DNA of 64,000 bases from a virus. Taxonomy: Duplodnaviria > Caudoviricetes. The stretch spans positions 13,609 through 77,608 of IMG/VR virus record IMGVR_UViG_3300037524_000424, one strand, 5' to 3'. This document shows positions 29,683 to 38,489 of this stretch, piece after piece. The notes under the pieces were generated by a model. That model ran no database searches. It saw nothing but the letters and a program-made list of their open reading frames with translations, and was not told the DNA's origin. The position numbers and the translations under genes are program-made. Positions within the stretch are counted from its first letter, which is position 1. Each line of letters opens with the position of its first letter.

Positions 29683-29924
29683 TGTAGCCTCTTTTTCCAG
29701 TATTCAGTAATTTCTTCTGGAGACAAATCTTGGGGTTTAATGACCTCTATTTCGTCTTTTAAGGCACTAATTTCGTCTTGTAGAGTCGAAGCCTGGGTAG
29801 CAGCAGCATTGTCGTTCTGGATGACCTCATTTGCCTTCTTATTGCGTCTGGTGACGAATAGGAAGGTGACTATAGCCGACACTAGCGCACCTATAGTCAA
29901 CAATATTTGTTTGATAGTCTGCAT
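29679..29924 (-). CDS. N-terminally anchored coiled-coil protein (i-spanin-like candidate)
   Basis: N-terminal TM then coiled coil; 4-bp overlap with the next gene. Confidence 0.45.
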   Translation of the reverse strand: MQTIKQILLTIGALVSAIVTFLFVTRRNKKANEVIQNDNAAATQASTLQDEISALKDEIEVIKPQDLSPEEITEYWKKRLH

Positions 29925-29926
29925 GA

Positions 29927-30727
29927 TTACTTCCTTACGTTACGAGTATCGTTTAAGGTTTTAACGTATTCGGTAATGAAGTGGTCAACTCTAGGGTCTA
30001 CATTGGCATTATAAGCAACACCATCAACTTTAGAGTTTACTATCTTATAGCCCTCGATTACAGGACAATTGCTTCTGGATACACTCAAGTCAATATTTTT
30101 TCCTAAAAAGTTGATGCTAACATCTTTTACGGTAGTTCCCAATAATGACTTACCGCATTTTACTAGCACTACCTCGTCGGCAAATCCCAAATCAACGCAA
30201 TTCTGACCTTCACACCACATTTCGTTGGAGTACATATCAGAATACTGTTTGAATGTTAGTTTGCCTTCGGTGCGGGCTACTGTTAGATTATCCAAACTAT
30301 TGATGCGTTTAAGCCAGAAGTTAAGGCGACTTTCTAGTTCGCCGTTAGGAAATTGACCTCTAATACCTCCGTTGGCACGATGTGACATTAAAACGCCGTG
30401 GGGAGTGATATAGCGTTTTTTCATACCTTGGACAGTTACAAATCCCATAGAGGCAGAGAAGATGGTGATAGTATTGATTTTGTCAGAGATTCCGTTTAAG
30501 CTGTCGATCATAGAAAGTCCGGCACTAATTTCTCCACCCGGACTGATTAGGACTAGGTACTTATCCCCTAAAGCGGTAAGTTTCTGGAACTTTTCCACTA
30601 CTTCGCTGGTGGTTTCAGAACTAAACTCGGCATCTAACAGCACGGTATTTCTGTCGGTCAGAAGGATAGTCCGTTGCGCTAAGGCAAGCGACGGCACTAA
30701 TAGTAGAAAAAGAATAAGATTTCGCAT
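29927..30727 (-). CDS. ClpP-family protease with N-terminal signal peptide
   Basis: SPGG, SASMG, LMSHR motifs; MRNLILFLLLVPSLALA leader. Confidence 0.75.
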   Translation of the reverse strand: MRNLILFLLLVPSLALAQRTILLTDRNTVLLDAEFSSETTSEVVEKFQKLTALGDKYLVLISPGGEISAGLSMIDSLNGISDKINTITIFSASMGFVTVQGMKKRYITPHGVLMSHRANGGIRGQFPNGELESRLNFWLKRINSLDNLTVARTEGKLTFKQYSDMYSNEMWCEGQNCVDLGFADEVVLVKCGKSLLGTTVKDVSINFLGKNIDLSVSRSNCPVIEGYKIVNSKVDGVAYNANVDPRVDHFITEYVKTLNDTRNVRK

Positions 30728-30776
30728 GATGTCTCCTAGAAAAGGTTTCTGTTCCCTCTAGGATAACATGAGGATT

Positions 30777-31352
30777 TTACTTTGTCAACAATTTTTGTAT
30801 GTAGAGGTAGGCAAGTGCGATGGCGATAGCTTCGGCGGTGTCGTTTTCATCATAGCCGAGGGAAATGCCGTAGCGGTCGTTAATGAAGTCGATTATGGGT
30901 TGTTTATGATCTTTGACTTTAGTACGACTTTTGACTTGGACGTTAATGCCGTTTTTGCCCCTCCATTCACCAGGACCTAGCATAGTTAAAACGTCCAGAT
31001 GTTCTATACAGTCCATAAAGATGAAGGCATGAACAAACGTCAACGCTTTAGCCGTCACTATACTGCGGTGTAAGGATATTTCCTCGACTACTAGTTGGAC
31101 TACTTCATAGCGGGAGAAAGCGTCCAGGACTATAGGGGAGATTTGGTCGGCTATAGATCTCGCCTTTAATAACGTACTCTTAGGATATTTATCCTTGGTA
31201 TGACCGCTGTATTTGATCGGGACTATGTTACCAGCTTCGACGATGTTGCCTTGTAGGTCAAGAATAGAATATCCTGAAGATGTTGTGCTTAAATCGAGTC
31301 CGATGATTACTTTTTTAGTCATTTTCGACTTTACCGCTTTTAAACTGCTCAC
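30777..31352 (-). CDS. ruvC: RuvC-like Holliday junction resolvase
   Basis: IIGLDLSTTSSG, LVVEE, NDTAEAIAIA motifs. Confidence 0.75.
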   Translation of the reverse strand: MSSLKAVKSKMTKKVIIGLDLSTTSSGYSILDLQGNIVEAGNIVPIKYSGHTKDKYPKSTLLKARSIADQISPIVLDAFSRYEVVQLVVEEISLHRSIVTAKALTFVHAFIFMDCIEHLDVLTMLGPGEWRGKNGINVQVKSRTKVKDHKQPIIDFINDRYGISLGYDENDTAEAIAIALAYLYIQKLLTK

Positions 31353-31692
31353 GAAGTTTTCGTTTTAGTTCTTCTTTAGCTTGAGCGTCCTGTTGTTGTT
31401 TATCTATTTTAGTCTTTTCTTTTTTGGGAGGTCTTTGCTCGGCAGTACCTACTACTATACCTTTTTCGTATTTTTCTAGTTTGTGCTCCAAAACCCGCAG
31501 GGTGCGTTTTAGGCGCGTTATCTGCTGCTTACGATCGTTAAGTTTGTTTTTTAACTTAGTAAGTTTGGAGTCTTCTCCCTTAGGTTCTTTCTTAATTGTT
31601 TTAGACATACTACCTCCATTACTTCTTATCCTTAAAATGTAGATCGTCCATTTCAGGAAAGTTTCGTCTATAGTAATCGAAGAACATAGCAT
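31315..31692 (-). CDS. basic coiled-coil hypothetical protein
   Basis: Likely start at internal MSKTIKK after SD GGAGG. Confidence 0.55.
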   Translation of the reverse strand: MLCSSITIDETFLKWTIYILRIRSNGGSMSKTIKKEPKGEDSKLTKLKNKLNDRKQQITRLKRTLRVLEHKLEKYEKGIVVGTAEQRPPKKEKTKIDKQQQDAQAKEELKRKLREQFKSGKVEND

Positions 31693-31963
31693 TAATGGCT
31701 ATATGCACAGCATGGGGGAGCAAACTTTCGTTGTCAATATGATTCCCCTTCTTGATTTCGGACAGATGTCGCTCCAATGAATCCAGAGGAACACTAAAGT
31801 AGTTACCCTTAGCCCAGTTGAACTTACTGTATTTTCCAGCCTTTTCAACATCAGTTAGCAGCTTCGCCATCATTTCAATGAAACGGGGGTCGAGGTTGGA
31901 GGATTCTGGTTTGCCAGCATTTTTGCGAACAGAACCAGTTGGAGAAACTTGGTCAGACATCAT
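31619..31963 (-). CDS. dATP/dGTP diphosphohydrolase-domain protein (DUF5664-like)
   Basis: RKNAGKP...GKYSKFNWAKG...DSLERHL...DNESLLPHAVHIAINAMF. Confidence 0.75.
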   Translation of the reverse strand: MMSDQVSPTGSVRKNAGKPESSNLDPRFIEMMAKLLTDVEKAGKYSKFNWAKGNYFSVPLDSLERHLSEIKKGNHIDNESLLPHAVHIAINAMFFDYYRRNFPEMDDLHFKDKK

Positions 31964-32210
31964 TACTCCTTGGATATAATTTATAGTAGCCGATTATAGT
32001 TAGTATTATGAAGTTAAACCCGTAGTTCATTATTAGGGGTAAATTGAGCAGCCAGGAAACGTATATTAGTCCTAAAACATCGCCTGCGTACCAAATGGTG
32101 AACAATCCGACATCTATGTGATGAGAGTTACCATTTTTAATGGATAAATATGCAGTTGGTGCCCCGCAGACTGCTAGAAAGAATGAGGAGAGATAGCCGA
32201 CTATTTCCAC
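31953..32210 (-). CDS. PQ-loop/SemiSWEET-like 3-TM protein
   Basis: Three TM helices; GAPTAY...PLIMNY pattern. Confidence 0.65.
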   Translation of the reverse strand: MEIVGYLSSFFLAVCGAPTAYLSIKNGNSHHIDVGLFTIWYAGDVLGLIYVSWLLNLPLIMNYGFNFIILTIIGYYKLYPRSNDV

Positions 32211-32821
32211 ATATCCTCCTTGGACGTTATGATCTTGTCCACTAATCCTAACTCTAGTGCTGCCTTAGCCGTCAGAAAGCGGTCAAAGGTTATGAGCTTC
32301 TGGAGTTTCTTGCGGGTAAACGACGGATGCTTTTGTTTAATTCGTTCTAAGTAGATGCTTTCCATATCGACGTTGATGCGACTATTTTCATTAGCCCAGG
32401 ATTCAAAGTCTTTAGAGTGCCCACCAAAGCCGTTAGTGCCATAGTGAAGCATCATACAAGCATTTTCCGAGATAGCACGATTGTCAGCCGCTTGCATAAT
32501 GACTGACCCCATGGACATAACATATCCATAGCCGACGATGTTGACTTCGTTCTTGCATTGACGTATAGCGTCGTAAATGCCTATTCCATGATAAAAATCT
32601 CCTCCAGGAGTATTTAATATAATGTTTATAGGCTGGTCTGCTTCTTTTGTGTTGTCTAGGATATATAAGTTTTTAATGACTTGGGCGGCAGTAAAGTTAT
32701 CAATGCCCGCTTCTCCGTTTTCATCAGCTTGGATGCTGCCAATATAGAGAGTCCTGGTAGCAAAATGAATGTTATAGATGTGGAAGTTGTCAATGTCATC
32801 CTTGCCGCTTTTCTTTGCCAT
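32201..32821 (-). CDS. clpP: ATP-dependent Clp protease proteolytic subunit-like
   Basis: NTPGGD, MSMGSVI, MMLHY, DRFLTAKAALELGLVDKI. Confidence 0.85.
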   Translation of the reverse strand: MAKKSGKDDIDNFHIYNIHFATRTLYIGSIQADENGEAGIDNFTAAQVIKNLYILDNTKEADQPINIILNTPGGDFYHGIGIYDAIRQCKNEVNIVGYGYVMSMGSVIMQAADNRAISENACMMLHYGTNGFGGHSKDFESWANENSRINVDMESIYLERIKQKHPSFTRKKLQKLITFDRFLTAKAALELGLVDKIITSKEDMWK

Positions 32822-32830
32822 GACTAACTC

Positions 32831-33832
32831 CTAGAGTTTTACCATTAATGATTTCTTCTTTGCATCGCTATGTAAGTCTTTGGTGCCCCGAAGTTCGCAG
32901 CCACATTTAGTGCATTGAAACTTTTGGAACTTACCCTTTTGAGTATAATGAAATCCTGATTTCTTAAAGACACTATTGCCGCACTTACAGACGTTTACGT
33001 CAGCTTCATGATATATGTTGAAGTCAATGCCGTTGTCCCAAGGACTCAGGATTTTAAATAGTTCTTCTAATGAGAGTACGTCATATTTGTTGTACTTTTC
33101 CATAGACTCGAACGCAGCTTTATTACCTTTAAGACATTCTGCCCACAACTTAAATCCAGAAAACTCAGCATGATCTTGTTTCTTAAACTCGACGTTTAGC
33201 TTTGATGATAAGTATGCCAGTTTGTTTGAAGTGAAGCCGAACTTGGATTTAGCGATTTGCAACGTGTCGATATGCTTATAGCTGCGAGGAGGTTTAAATC
33301 CATTTAAGATAAAGCGAGCGTTCAACTTCTTAACGTCGAACTTCTTGCCGTTTTGAGTTACCACCACATCTGCCTCGTCTAAGAGCTTCCAGATGCCTTT
33401 TAACAGTCGTTTGTCGTTGCTTATGTCCTTTTCGTTACGTTGATCGTCGTACATGATTTCAGGATTGTTTAGCCATTTAGCCGACCAACTCAGAACGTGC
33501 CAGTCTTCTTTGATCTGTTCTAGGGCTACGTTTTGGTCAAACAGTTGCCATACATAGCCGAGGATAGGGGAAGTCTCAATGTCGAAGATTAGGACTTTAG
33601 GTTGGACTATTTCAGTGTTAGGGAAGCAGTCTTTTTTGAGTTTGGTAAAGCCGCCTAGGGCATGTAAATCTTCTTTGTTTAGACGGTCGGCTATATCAGT
33701 GTCAACGGAGATACGGATGTATTCGTCACGGCTAATAGCATACTCGGGTTTGCTGACTAAGTGGGCGACTTCAGACATAGTCGAGATAAAACGGTCTTTC
33801 TTCGCTTGGAGTTCTTTTTTTAGTTTTGACAT
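32831..33832 (-). CDS. RNase H-like 3'-5' exonuclease with C-terminal Zn ribbon
   Basis: LIFDIETSP, QNGKKFD, YNKYDV, CKCG/CTKCG. Confidence 0.75.
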   Translation of the reverse strand: MSKLKKELQAKKDRFISTMSEVAHLVSKPEYAISRDEYIRISVDTDIADRLNKEDLHALGGFTKLKKDCFPNTEIVQPKVLIFDIETSPILGYVWQLFDQNVALEQIKEDWHVLSWSAKWLNNPEIMYDDQRNEKDISNDKRLLKGIWKLLDEADVVVTQNGKKFDVKKLNARFILNGFKPPRSYKHIDTLQIAKSKFGFTSNKLAYLSSKLNVEFKKQDHAEFSGFKLWAECLKGNKAAFESMEKYNKYDVLSLEELFKILSPWDNGIDFNIYHEADVNVCKCGNSVFKKSGFHYTQKGKFQKFQCTKCGCELRGTKDLHSDAKKKSLMVKL

Positions 33833-34008
33833 TACTGTTCTCCAAATCCGGTATGACGTATAGTGTTGAGCTTCTCATACGTTAGCAGGATTTTGTAAAT
33901 AAGGTTGCGAAATTGCAGGAGTTCGTCTGGAGTTTCGGCTTCAAAACCGATGTCCTGGATGATGGTTTCAACTGTTGTCTCGTACTGTTTTTGATTTAGA
34001 AGTCCCAT
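33832..34008 (-). CDS. 58-aa hypothetical protein
   Basis: ATG 34008 after SD AAGGT, TAATG overlap with the next gene; not in ORF track. Confidence 0.55.
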   Translation of the reverse strand: MGLLNQKQYETTVETIIQDIGFEAETPDELLQFRNLIYKILLTYEKLNTIRHTGFGEQ

Positions 34009-34014
34009 ATACCT

Positions 34015-34066
34015 TACTTGATGCGAGTTTATATTTTATTATAGCACGAAAAGTTCGCCCAGACAA
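34015..34066 (-). promoter_or_regulatory. sigma70-like promoter TTGTCT-17-TATAAT followed by CATCAAGTA
   Basis: -35 at 34061-66, -10 at 34038-43, motif at 34015-23. Confidence 0.65.
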
Positions 34067-34084
34067 TATGCTAGACATTAGTTG

Positions 34085-34306
34085 TTATAAAAAATAAACA
34101 TGACCTTTAGTTCTGGTTATAGATGGGTAGATTATAGACGTTAGTATATAATCTTCGTCTTTAAGAGAACCAGCAATAGTAACTTCCTCAAAAGAACGAC
34201 CTCTTAAAAGTTCTACGTCTTTTTCTCGGACAATTAAAGTTTCATCTTTAGGAAGGTCATTAACTCGAACGGTTTTCGCATTTTTTGTAATTAATAATAA
34301 GTTCAT
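34085..34306 (-). CDS. hypothetical protein
   Basis: SD AAGGAG. Confidence 0.55.
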   Translation of the reverse strand: MNLLLITKNAKTVRVNDLPKDETLIVREKDVELLRGRSFEEVTIAGSLKDEDYILTSIIYPSITRTKGHVYFL

Positions 34307-34317
34307 CTTTTGCTCCT

Positions 34318-34369
34318 TACTTGATGCAGGGTTAGATTACATTATAACACAAAAATGTCGCCCAGACAA
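34318..34369 (-). promoter_or_regulatory. duplicate promoter TTGTCT-17-TATAAT followed by CATCAAGTA
   Basis: -35 at 34364-69, -10 at 34341-46, motif at 34318-26; shares ATTGTCTGGGCG with the previous promoter. Confidence 0.65.
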
Positions 34370-34370
34370 T

Positions 34371-34562
34371 TTATTTATACTCAAACTTGGGATGTCCTCC
34401 CTCCTCAAATTCTTCTTGTCCTTGGGGTAGATGTACCTGTAAGTGTAAATGTACTAAAGCTAAAACGTCTCCCCACTGTAATTCATGAGTCACGACCATT
34501 TCGTCGAGGAGTATTTCAAGCTCCAAGAGAGTGTGCCCTAAAGGTCGAATTTTGGATTTCAT
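34371..34562 (-). CDS. hypothetical protein
   Basis: Coupled small ORF. Confidence 0.55.
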   Translation of the reverse strand: MKSKIRPLGHTLLELEILLDEMVVTHELQWGDVLALVHLHLQVHLPQGQEEFEEGGHPKFEYK

Positions 34563-34795
34563 TCTAACTCCTCATCCCACATTAAAACACATTTATTTCC
34601 CTCTATCTCAGGAAGTCCTGGATAATACGTTTCTGGAGGTAGCATACCTAAATCCTCAACGTGCTTGAGGAATGATCCTGACAGCTTCGATGCCATTTTA
34701 TCGTAGGTCATATCCCCATTTGCCCATCGTATCAGCAAGTCTTCGTTAGAATGGATGATCGCGTTAATTTCTTTTAGCATTTTTTTTCGTTTCAT
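34559..34795 (-). CDS. hypothetical protein
   Basis: ATGA-coupled small ORF. Confidence 0.55.
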   Translation of the reverse strand: MKRKKMLKEINAIIHSNEDLLIRWANGDMTYDKMASKLSGSFLKHVEDLGMLPPETYYPGLPEIEGNKCVLMWDEELE

Positions 34796-35202
34796 TTTAC
34801 TTTCTCCAATGCTTTATATAACTTGGTATCGACCGGTATTGTGTCTACTACTCCAATTCCAGCGGCTAAAGACATACAACTAAGGCAATATCCGTGAGTG
34901 CCATCAAGTCGGGTTGTCCAAACGTCTTTTTTGCCGCAAGATTGACAGAAGTAATTAGTACGGTGTAACGTGTGTGTTTTTCCTTCGTATATAAATTCTT
35001 TCTGCATTTCGACTTCTAGCCCACCGTTCGACTCTACATAGTCAACTATAAATTCCATAGCAGTCGTAACGTCTCTATCGTGGGTCAAATCTACGTCAGC
35101 TAACTTTGGACGATCTACCAGTTCATTTGCTACCCGTAGAGCGTCTGCTTCGCTGCATAGGTAGTAACTTTTGATAAGTTCGGCTAATTGGTTGGTGTTC
35201 AT
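34792..35202 (-). CDS. Zn-finger hypothetical protein
   Basis: CQSCG and CLSC pairs. Confidence 0.6.
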   Translation of the reverse strand: MNTNQLAELIKSYYLCSEADALRVANELVDRPKLADVDLTHDRDVTTAMEFIVDYVESNGGLEVEMQKEFIYEGKTHTLHRTNYFCQSCGKKDVWTTRLDGTHGYCLSCMSLAAGIGVVDTIPVDTKLYKALEKVK

Positions 35203-35302
35203 TTTATCTCCTTTAATGTTCGATAGAGCGATACTATTATTTGTAGAATTATTATAATAAAACCTAATGCTAATAAAATCAATAAAAAAATTGCAGCTAT
35301 TT

Positions 35303-35578
35303 TCATTTTAACTCCTCTATGTTAAACGTAATTCCATTTTTATACTTTTTAAAATCCTCATCATTTTGAGCTAGAAAAATTCGACAAACCTCACCGTTTT
35401 TTTCTTTGTATTCGGAAATACATCCAGATCGTTCATCTACAAAATAGAAAATATCACCTCTAAGGCGAGGGTATGATATATATAATCTTTCTCTTGGAAC
35501 AATAATCTCTTTTATTACACCAGGCGATTCACATACTTTTATTTTTATAGAAAATGGCGGATGTTTTATTGCACTCAT
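35303..35578 (-). CDS. hypothetical protein
   Basis: Coupled small ORF. Confidence 0.5.
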   Translation of the reverse strand: MSAIKHPPFSIKIKVCESPGVIKEIIVPRERLYISYPRLRGDIFYFVDERSGCISEYKEKNGEVCRIFLAQNDEDFKKYKNGITFNIEELK

Positions 35579-35835
35579 TTTAACCCCTCTGAATCATTAT
35601 AAATTTTATCTATTGCCTTAAAAAACACGTTCAAACTCTCACCGTCATGAGCAAGCATTTTATGTAAACTTTCGACGGTAGTGCCTATAGCCGCAGCAAA
35701 GTCCTCACGATCGGTAATATATGCCGAGATTAAGTCAGTGCTTGCAGATATGTCGCCTTCTCGGATGTAGGTGGCGATTGTGTCTAGGATGAATTTAGGA
35801 TTTTTGAGTTGGTTGGTCATTTTAAACCATCGCAA
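35575..35835 (-). CDS. addiction-module antidote (antitoxin)-like HTH protein
   Basis: LKNPKFI...IREGD...REDFAAAIGTTVESLHKML..SLNVFFK resembles TIGR02684-type antidotes; probable start MTNQLK at 35820. Confidence 0.5.
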   Translation of the reverse strand: MRWFKMTNQLKNPKFILDTIATYIREGDISASTDLISAYITDREDFAAAIGTTVESLHKMLAHDGESLNVFFKAIDKIYNDSEGLK

Positions 35836-36047
35836 GAAATTTTCTCAGAATTAAAATCCATTACAATTTGGTAATCAAATTCTTTAGGATAACAATACGG
35901 AAATTCACAATAATGGTATCTAGACTCTGTTACTTTTAAGATTTTAACAGCCGTATTAGAACTCAAAACAACACAGTCTCCTTCTTGGTATTTTGGTTCA
36001 TTTGAACAGGATACAAACATTAATAATACTAATAAATACTTAATCAT
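35817..36047 (-). CDS. small lipoprotein
   Basis: Lipobox FVSC; KYQEGDC...C-terminal Cys. Confidence 0.6.
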   Translation of the reverse strand: MIKYLLVLLMFVSCSNEPKYQEGDCVVLSSNTAVKILKVTESRYHYCEFPYCYPKEFDYQIVMDFNSEKISCDGLK

Positions 36048-36068
36048 AAAAACCCCTTTGTTGTATTC

Positions 36069-36097
36069 ATTTTACCACAAAATTAATCCGTAGTCAA
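36069..36097 (-). promoter_or_regulatory. sigma70 promoter TTGACT-17-TAAAAT
   Basis: Near-consensus with extended -10 TG. Confidence 0.65.
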
Positions 36098-36101
36098 CTT
36101 A

Positions 36102-36302
36102 CTATATCGATGTTTTTTTCAAGAAATCTTTTAAAGTCTCTACCTCTTCTTTGGTTAATGTTAGAGAAACACAATCTAGTTCACATTCAAGTCCGATATG
36201 TAGTTCGCCATTCTCCTCTAAAGCGACATACAAGCTAGAATTATTCCATTGATCCTCTGCCTCAAATTCAACTGAATCATCCTTTATTATCGTTTTTCTC
36301 AT
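36102..36302 (-). CDS. hypothetical protein
   Basis: Coupled small ORF. Confidence 0.5.
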   Translation of the reverse strand: MRKTIIKDDSVEFEAEDQWNNSSLYVALEENGELHIGLECELDCVSLTLTKEEVETLKDFLKKTSI

Positions 36303-36496
36303 TATTTTATCTCCTTTTTGTTATATCTCTCCAACTTAAATGCCACGCTCGGCACTAAAGTCTCCACTAACTCGTCGAAACTGATTTTACCTGACTTATA
36401 CAACTCGAACCAAATTTCGTCTTCTTCGAGGATGTGTTTTAGTTCGGATTCGAGATTAGGTTTCATTTTCGGACTCCGTGTTTGTCTTTTATTCAT
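36302..36496 (-). CDS. hypothetical protein
   Basis: Small ORF; internal SD GGAGT before MKPNL. Confidence 0.5.
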   Translation of the reverse strand: MNKRQTRSPKMKPNLESELKHILEEDEIWFELYKSGKISFDELVETLVPSVAFKLERYNKKEIK

Positions 36497-36499
36497 ATA

Positions 36500-36694
36500 T
36501 TATTTCTTTTCCACATCTACAACCGCTTCAGAGTTCCTTTCAAATGAGTTACTTACTTCCTCTCTTTCATAGTCTCCCTCATACTCCCCATTCCGCCATT
36601 TTTGTAATGCCTCTTCTTCTGATTCAGCCTCAATCCAGATTGATGAATCAAATTTGACTATTTCTCTCCATGTTATACAAAATCTTTTATTCAT
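36500..36694 (-). CDS. small acidic protein (EAESEEEA family)
   Basis: Resembles 57783..57980. Confidence 0.55.
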   Translation of the reverse strand: MNKRFCITWREIVKFDSSIWIEAESEEEALQKWRNGEYEGDYEREEVSNSFERNSEAVVDVEKK

Positions 36695-36697
36695 ACC

Positions 36698-36994
36698 CTA
36701 CTCCAATTTCTCGCTCTCTTTATAACACTCATTGTTGAGCTCTTTCTTTTTTGTTTTTAATTCTATTAATTCCTTATTAGCTCTCTCAATTCTGGAAGTT
36801 ATTGTCTTTACTATTTTCTCTTCCATAGTGTCTTGTCTATGTTTAAGCACTCTTTCCCAATTACCTATGTAGCTTTCTTGTAAGGATATGGCATCATTTA
36901 TAGATACTATAGTAAACCAACAATCGGGGACAGGATTTTCGTGTTTTTCATAGCAACAACCAATCAAAAGTAGAAGTATTAAATAAGACTTCAT
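36698..36994 (-). CDS. lipoprotein-like coiled-coil protein
   Basis: LLLLIGC lipobox-like leader. Confidence 0.55.
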   Translation of the reverse strand: MKSYLILLLLIGCCYEKHENPVPDCWFTIVSINDAISLQESYIGNWERVLKHRQDTMEEKIVKTITSRIERANKELIELKTKKKELNNECYKESEKLE

Positions 36995-37200
36995 TATCTT
37001 TTCTCCAGTTTATCCAAAGCAAGTTGTAAACTTTCCTCCAAAGACAGACCGTCTTTTTCAACGAAAACTAGTTTTTCGCAATTATAGTTGTTGCCTCTAA
37101 TTTCAACCGACCATATATCTCCTAGGATGTCCAGATTCATTATAAGACAACAGGTGTCGTGTTTTCGTATTTTGTTGACTAATTCTTTAATAGTGTTCAT
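36994..37200 (-). CDS. hypothetical protein
   Basis: Coupled small ORF. Confidence 0.5.
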   Translation of the reverse strand: MNTIKELVNKIRKHDTCCLIMNLDILGDIWSVEIRGNNYNCEKLVFVEKDGLSLEESLQLALDKLEKR

Positions 37201-37685
37201 TTTAATCCTCCATCAATTAGCTGAAGACTCGATTTCTTAATTCTAGACAGTTTGTAGTAATTGTCAACCCCAAAATCTGGGTATTCGATTGACCTTGGGA
37301 ATAGATATTCATAGGGTAACATTCTAGCTTCTCTTAGATCTCTATATATAACACCAGCCAATTTATTTGACATCTTTTTGTATGGAAAATTGTTGCGCTC
37401 CCACTCTAAAATAATGGAATAATGTTCATCTATAGTGTTTAAAACCATTCTATATAGTCGTTTTTTGTCTGTAGTCATTTTTATTAGGTCTTGGTGTTTT
37501 CTGCGCCAAATATCTAGTGGCAATAATCCAGAATTTAGTAAGTTTTCTACTATAATAGTAGACAGGGTTTTGTTCATAATTCTGAAGTTTATAGCATTTT
37601 GTTTATATTTTAAAAGTAAAATGTGTTTGTCATCTATAGATTCACTAATCACATTGACTAGCTGTATTTCTTCACAATCGTTCAT
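37197..37685 (-). CDS. hypothetical protein
   Basis: 162-aa coupled ORF. Confidence 0.55.
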   Translation of the reverse strand: MNDCEEIQLVNVISESIDDKHILLLKYKQNAINFRIMNKTLSTIIVENLLNSGLLPLDIWRRKHQDLIKMTTDKKRLYRMVLNTIDEHYSIILEWERNNFPYKKMSNKLAGVIYRDLREARMLPYEYLFPRSIEYPDFGVDNYYKLSRIKKSSLQLIDGGLK

Positions 37686-37688
37686 TTT

Positions 37689-38039
37689 CTACTCCCACCA
37701 GTAATACATATCATAATCCCTAAACTTCTCGCAATCTGCTCCGTCCTTAATCCATTGCTCCAGTCTCTTACTATTATAACCGAATTTTGAACAATAGTCA
37801 ATTACAAACTGCTTACCAAATCGCATTTCCGGCATATACATTGTCCAAACTTCGTAGTCTGGATATAGTACTTTTAATGCTTCTTTGCATAACTCAGACC
37901 CAGCCATTTGGTTTCCGTGCAGTCTATCGCTTTCAGGATACATTATTTCGGCTAATGCTCTGTAAGTGCAGGTCTTTTTGAGTTCTCTGATGTTTAGTGC
38001 TTCTTCAGGTGTCATTTTCGGACTCCAACCAAAATCCAA
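37689..38039 (-). CDS. hypothetical protein
   Basis: Probable start MTPEEAL after SD GGAGT. Confidence 0.55.
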   Translation of the reverse strand: MDFGWSPKMTPEEALNIRELKKTCTYRALAEIMYPESDRLHGNQMAGSELCKEALKVLYPDYEVWTMYMPEMRFGKQFVIDYCSKFGYNSKRLEQWIKDGADCEKFRDYDMYYWWE

Positions 38040-38241
38040 TTACTGGTTCATAAGGCTCTGATAGATCTACATAAGTAATTCCAGACTCTTCTAGGCTATC
38101 CAAAATATCCTTAGCGATGAGGGAAAGATCTTTCTCATTAGCATTAATAACTGCATTATATTCGTCGTGATACTTAAGTAACTCTTTTTTAATTATGTTT
38201 ATTGCGTCAATTTTTTTCATTCTATATCCTCCCATGTCCAA
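38005..38241 (-). CDS. hypothetical protein
   Basis: Small ORF in packed block. Confidence 0.5.
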   Translation of the reverse strand: MDMGGYRMKKIDAINIIKKELLKYHDEYNAVINANEKDLSLIAKDILDSLEESGITYVDLSEPYEPVIGFWLESENDT

Positions 38242-38489
38242 TCGTCACCAAATTCACCACAGTCTTCTTCCCATTCAGCAATTGACTGGTTATACGTGAA
38301 TGTTCCGTCAACTTCTCCAGTTTTACTGTCTCTAGTATCTAAAGTCACTTCTCTAACAACCGTTGGCGGACTCATTCCCATTTTCTCTGCTCTACGAATC
38401 AGCATATCGCAGATGTGGTAGTTGGAGCATCCTTCGGGGAAGGTGTCGAGGAAGTCAGCAAGTTGTTGGATGAAAATTGAACGAATCAT
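38217..38489 (-). CDS. hypothetical protein
   Basis: Small acidic ORF. Confidence 0.5.
   Translation of the reverse strand: MIRSIFIQQLADFLDTFPEGCSNYHICDMLIRRAEKMGMSPPTVVREVTLDTRDSKTGEVDGTFTYNQSIAEWEEDCGEFGDDWTWEDIE

Noticed and set aside
31619-31963. 2-aminoadenine (Z) genome
   Set aside because: No purZ, datZ or family-A dpoZ in the window
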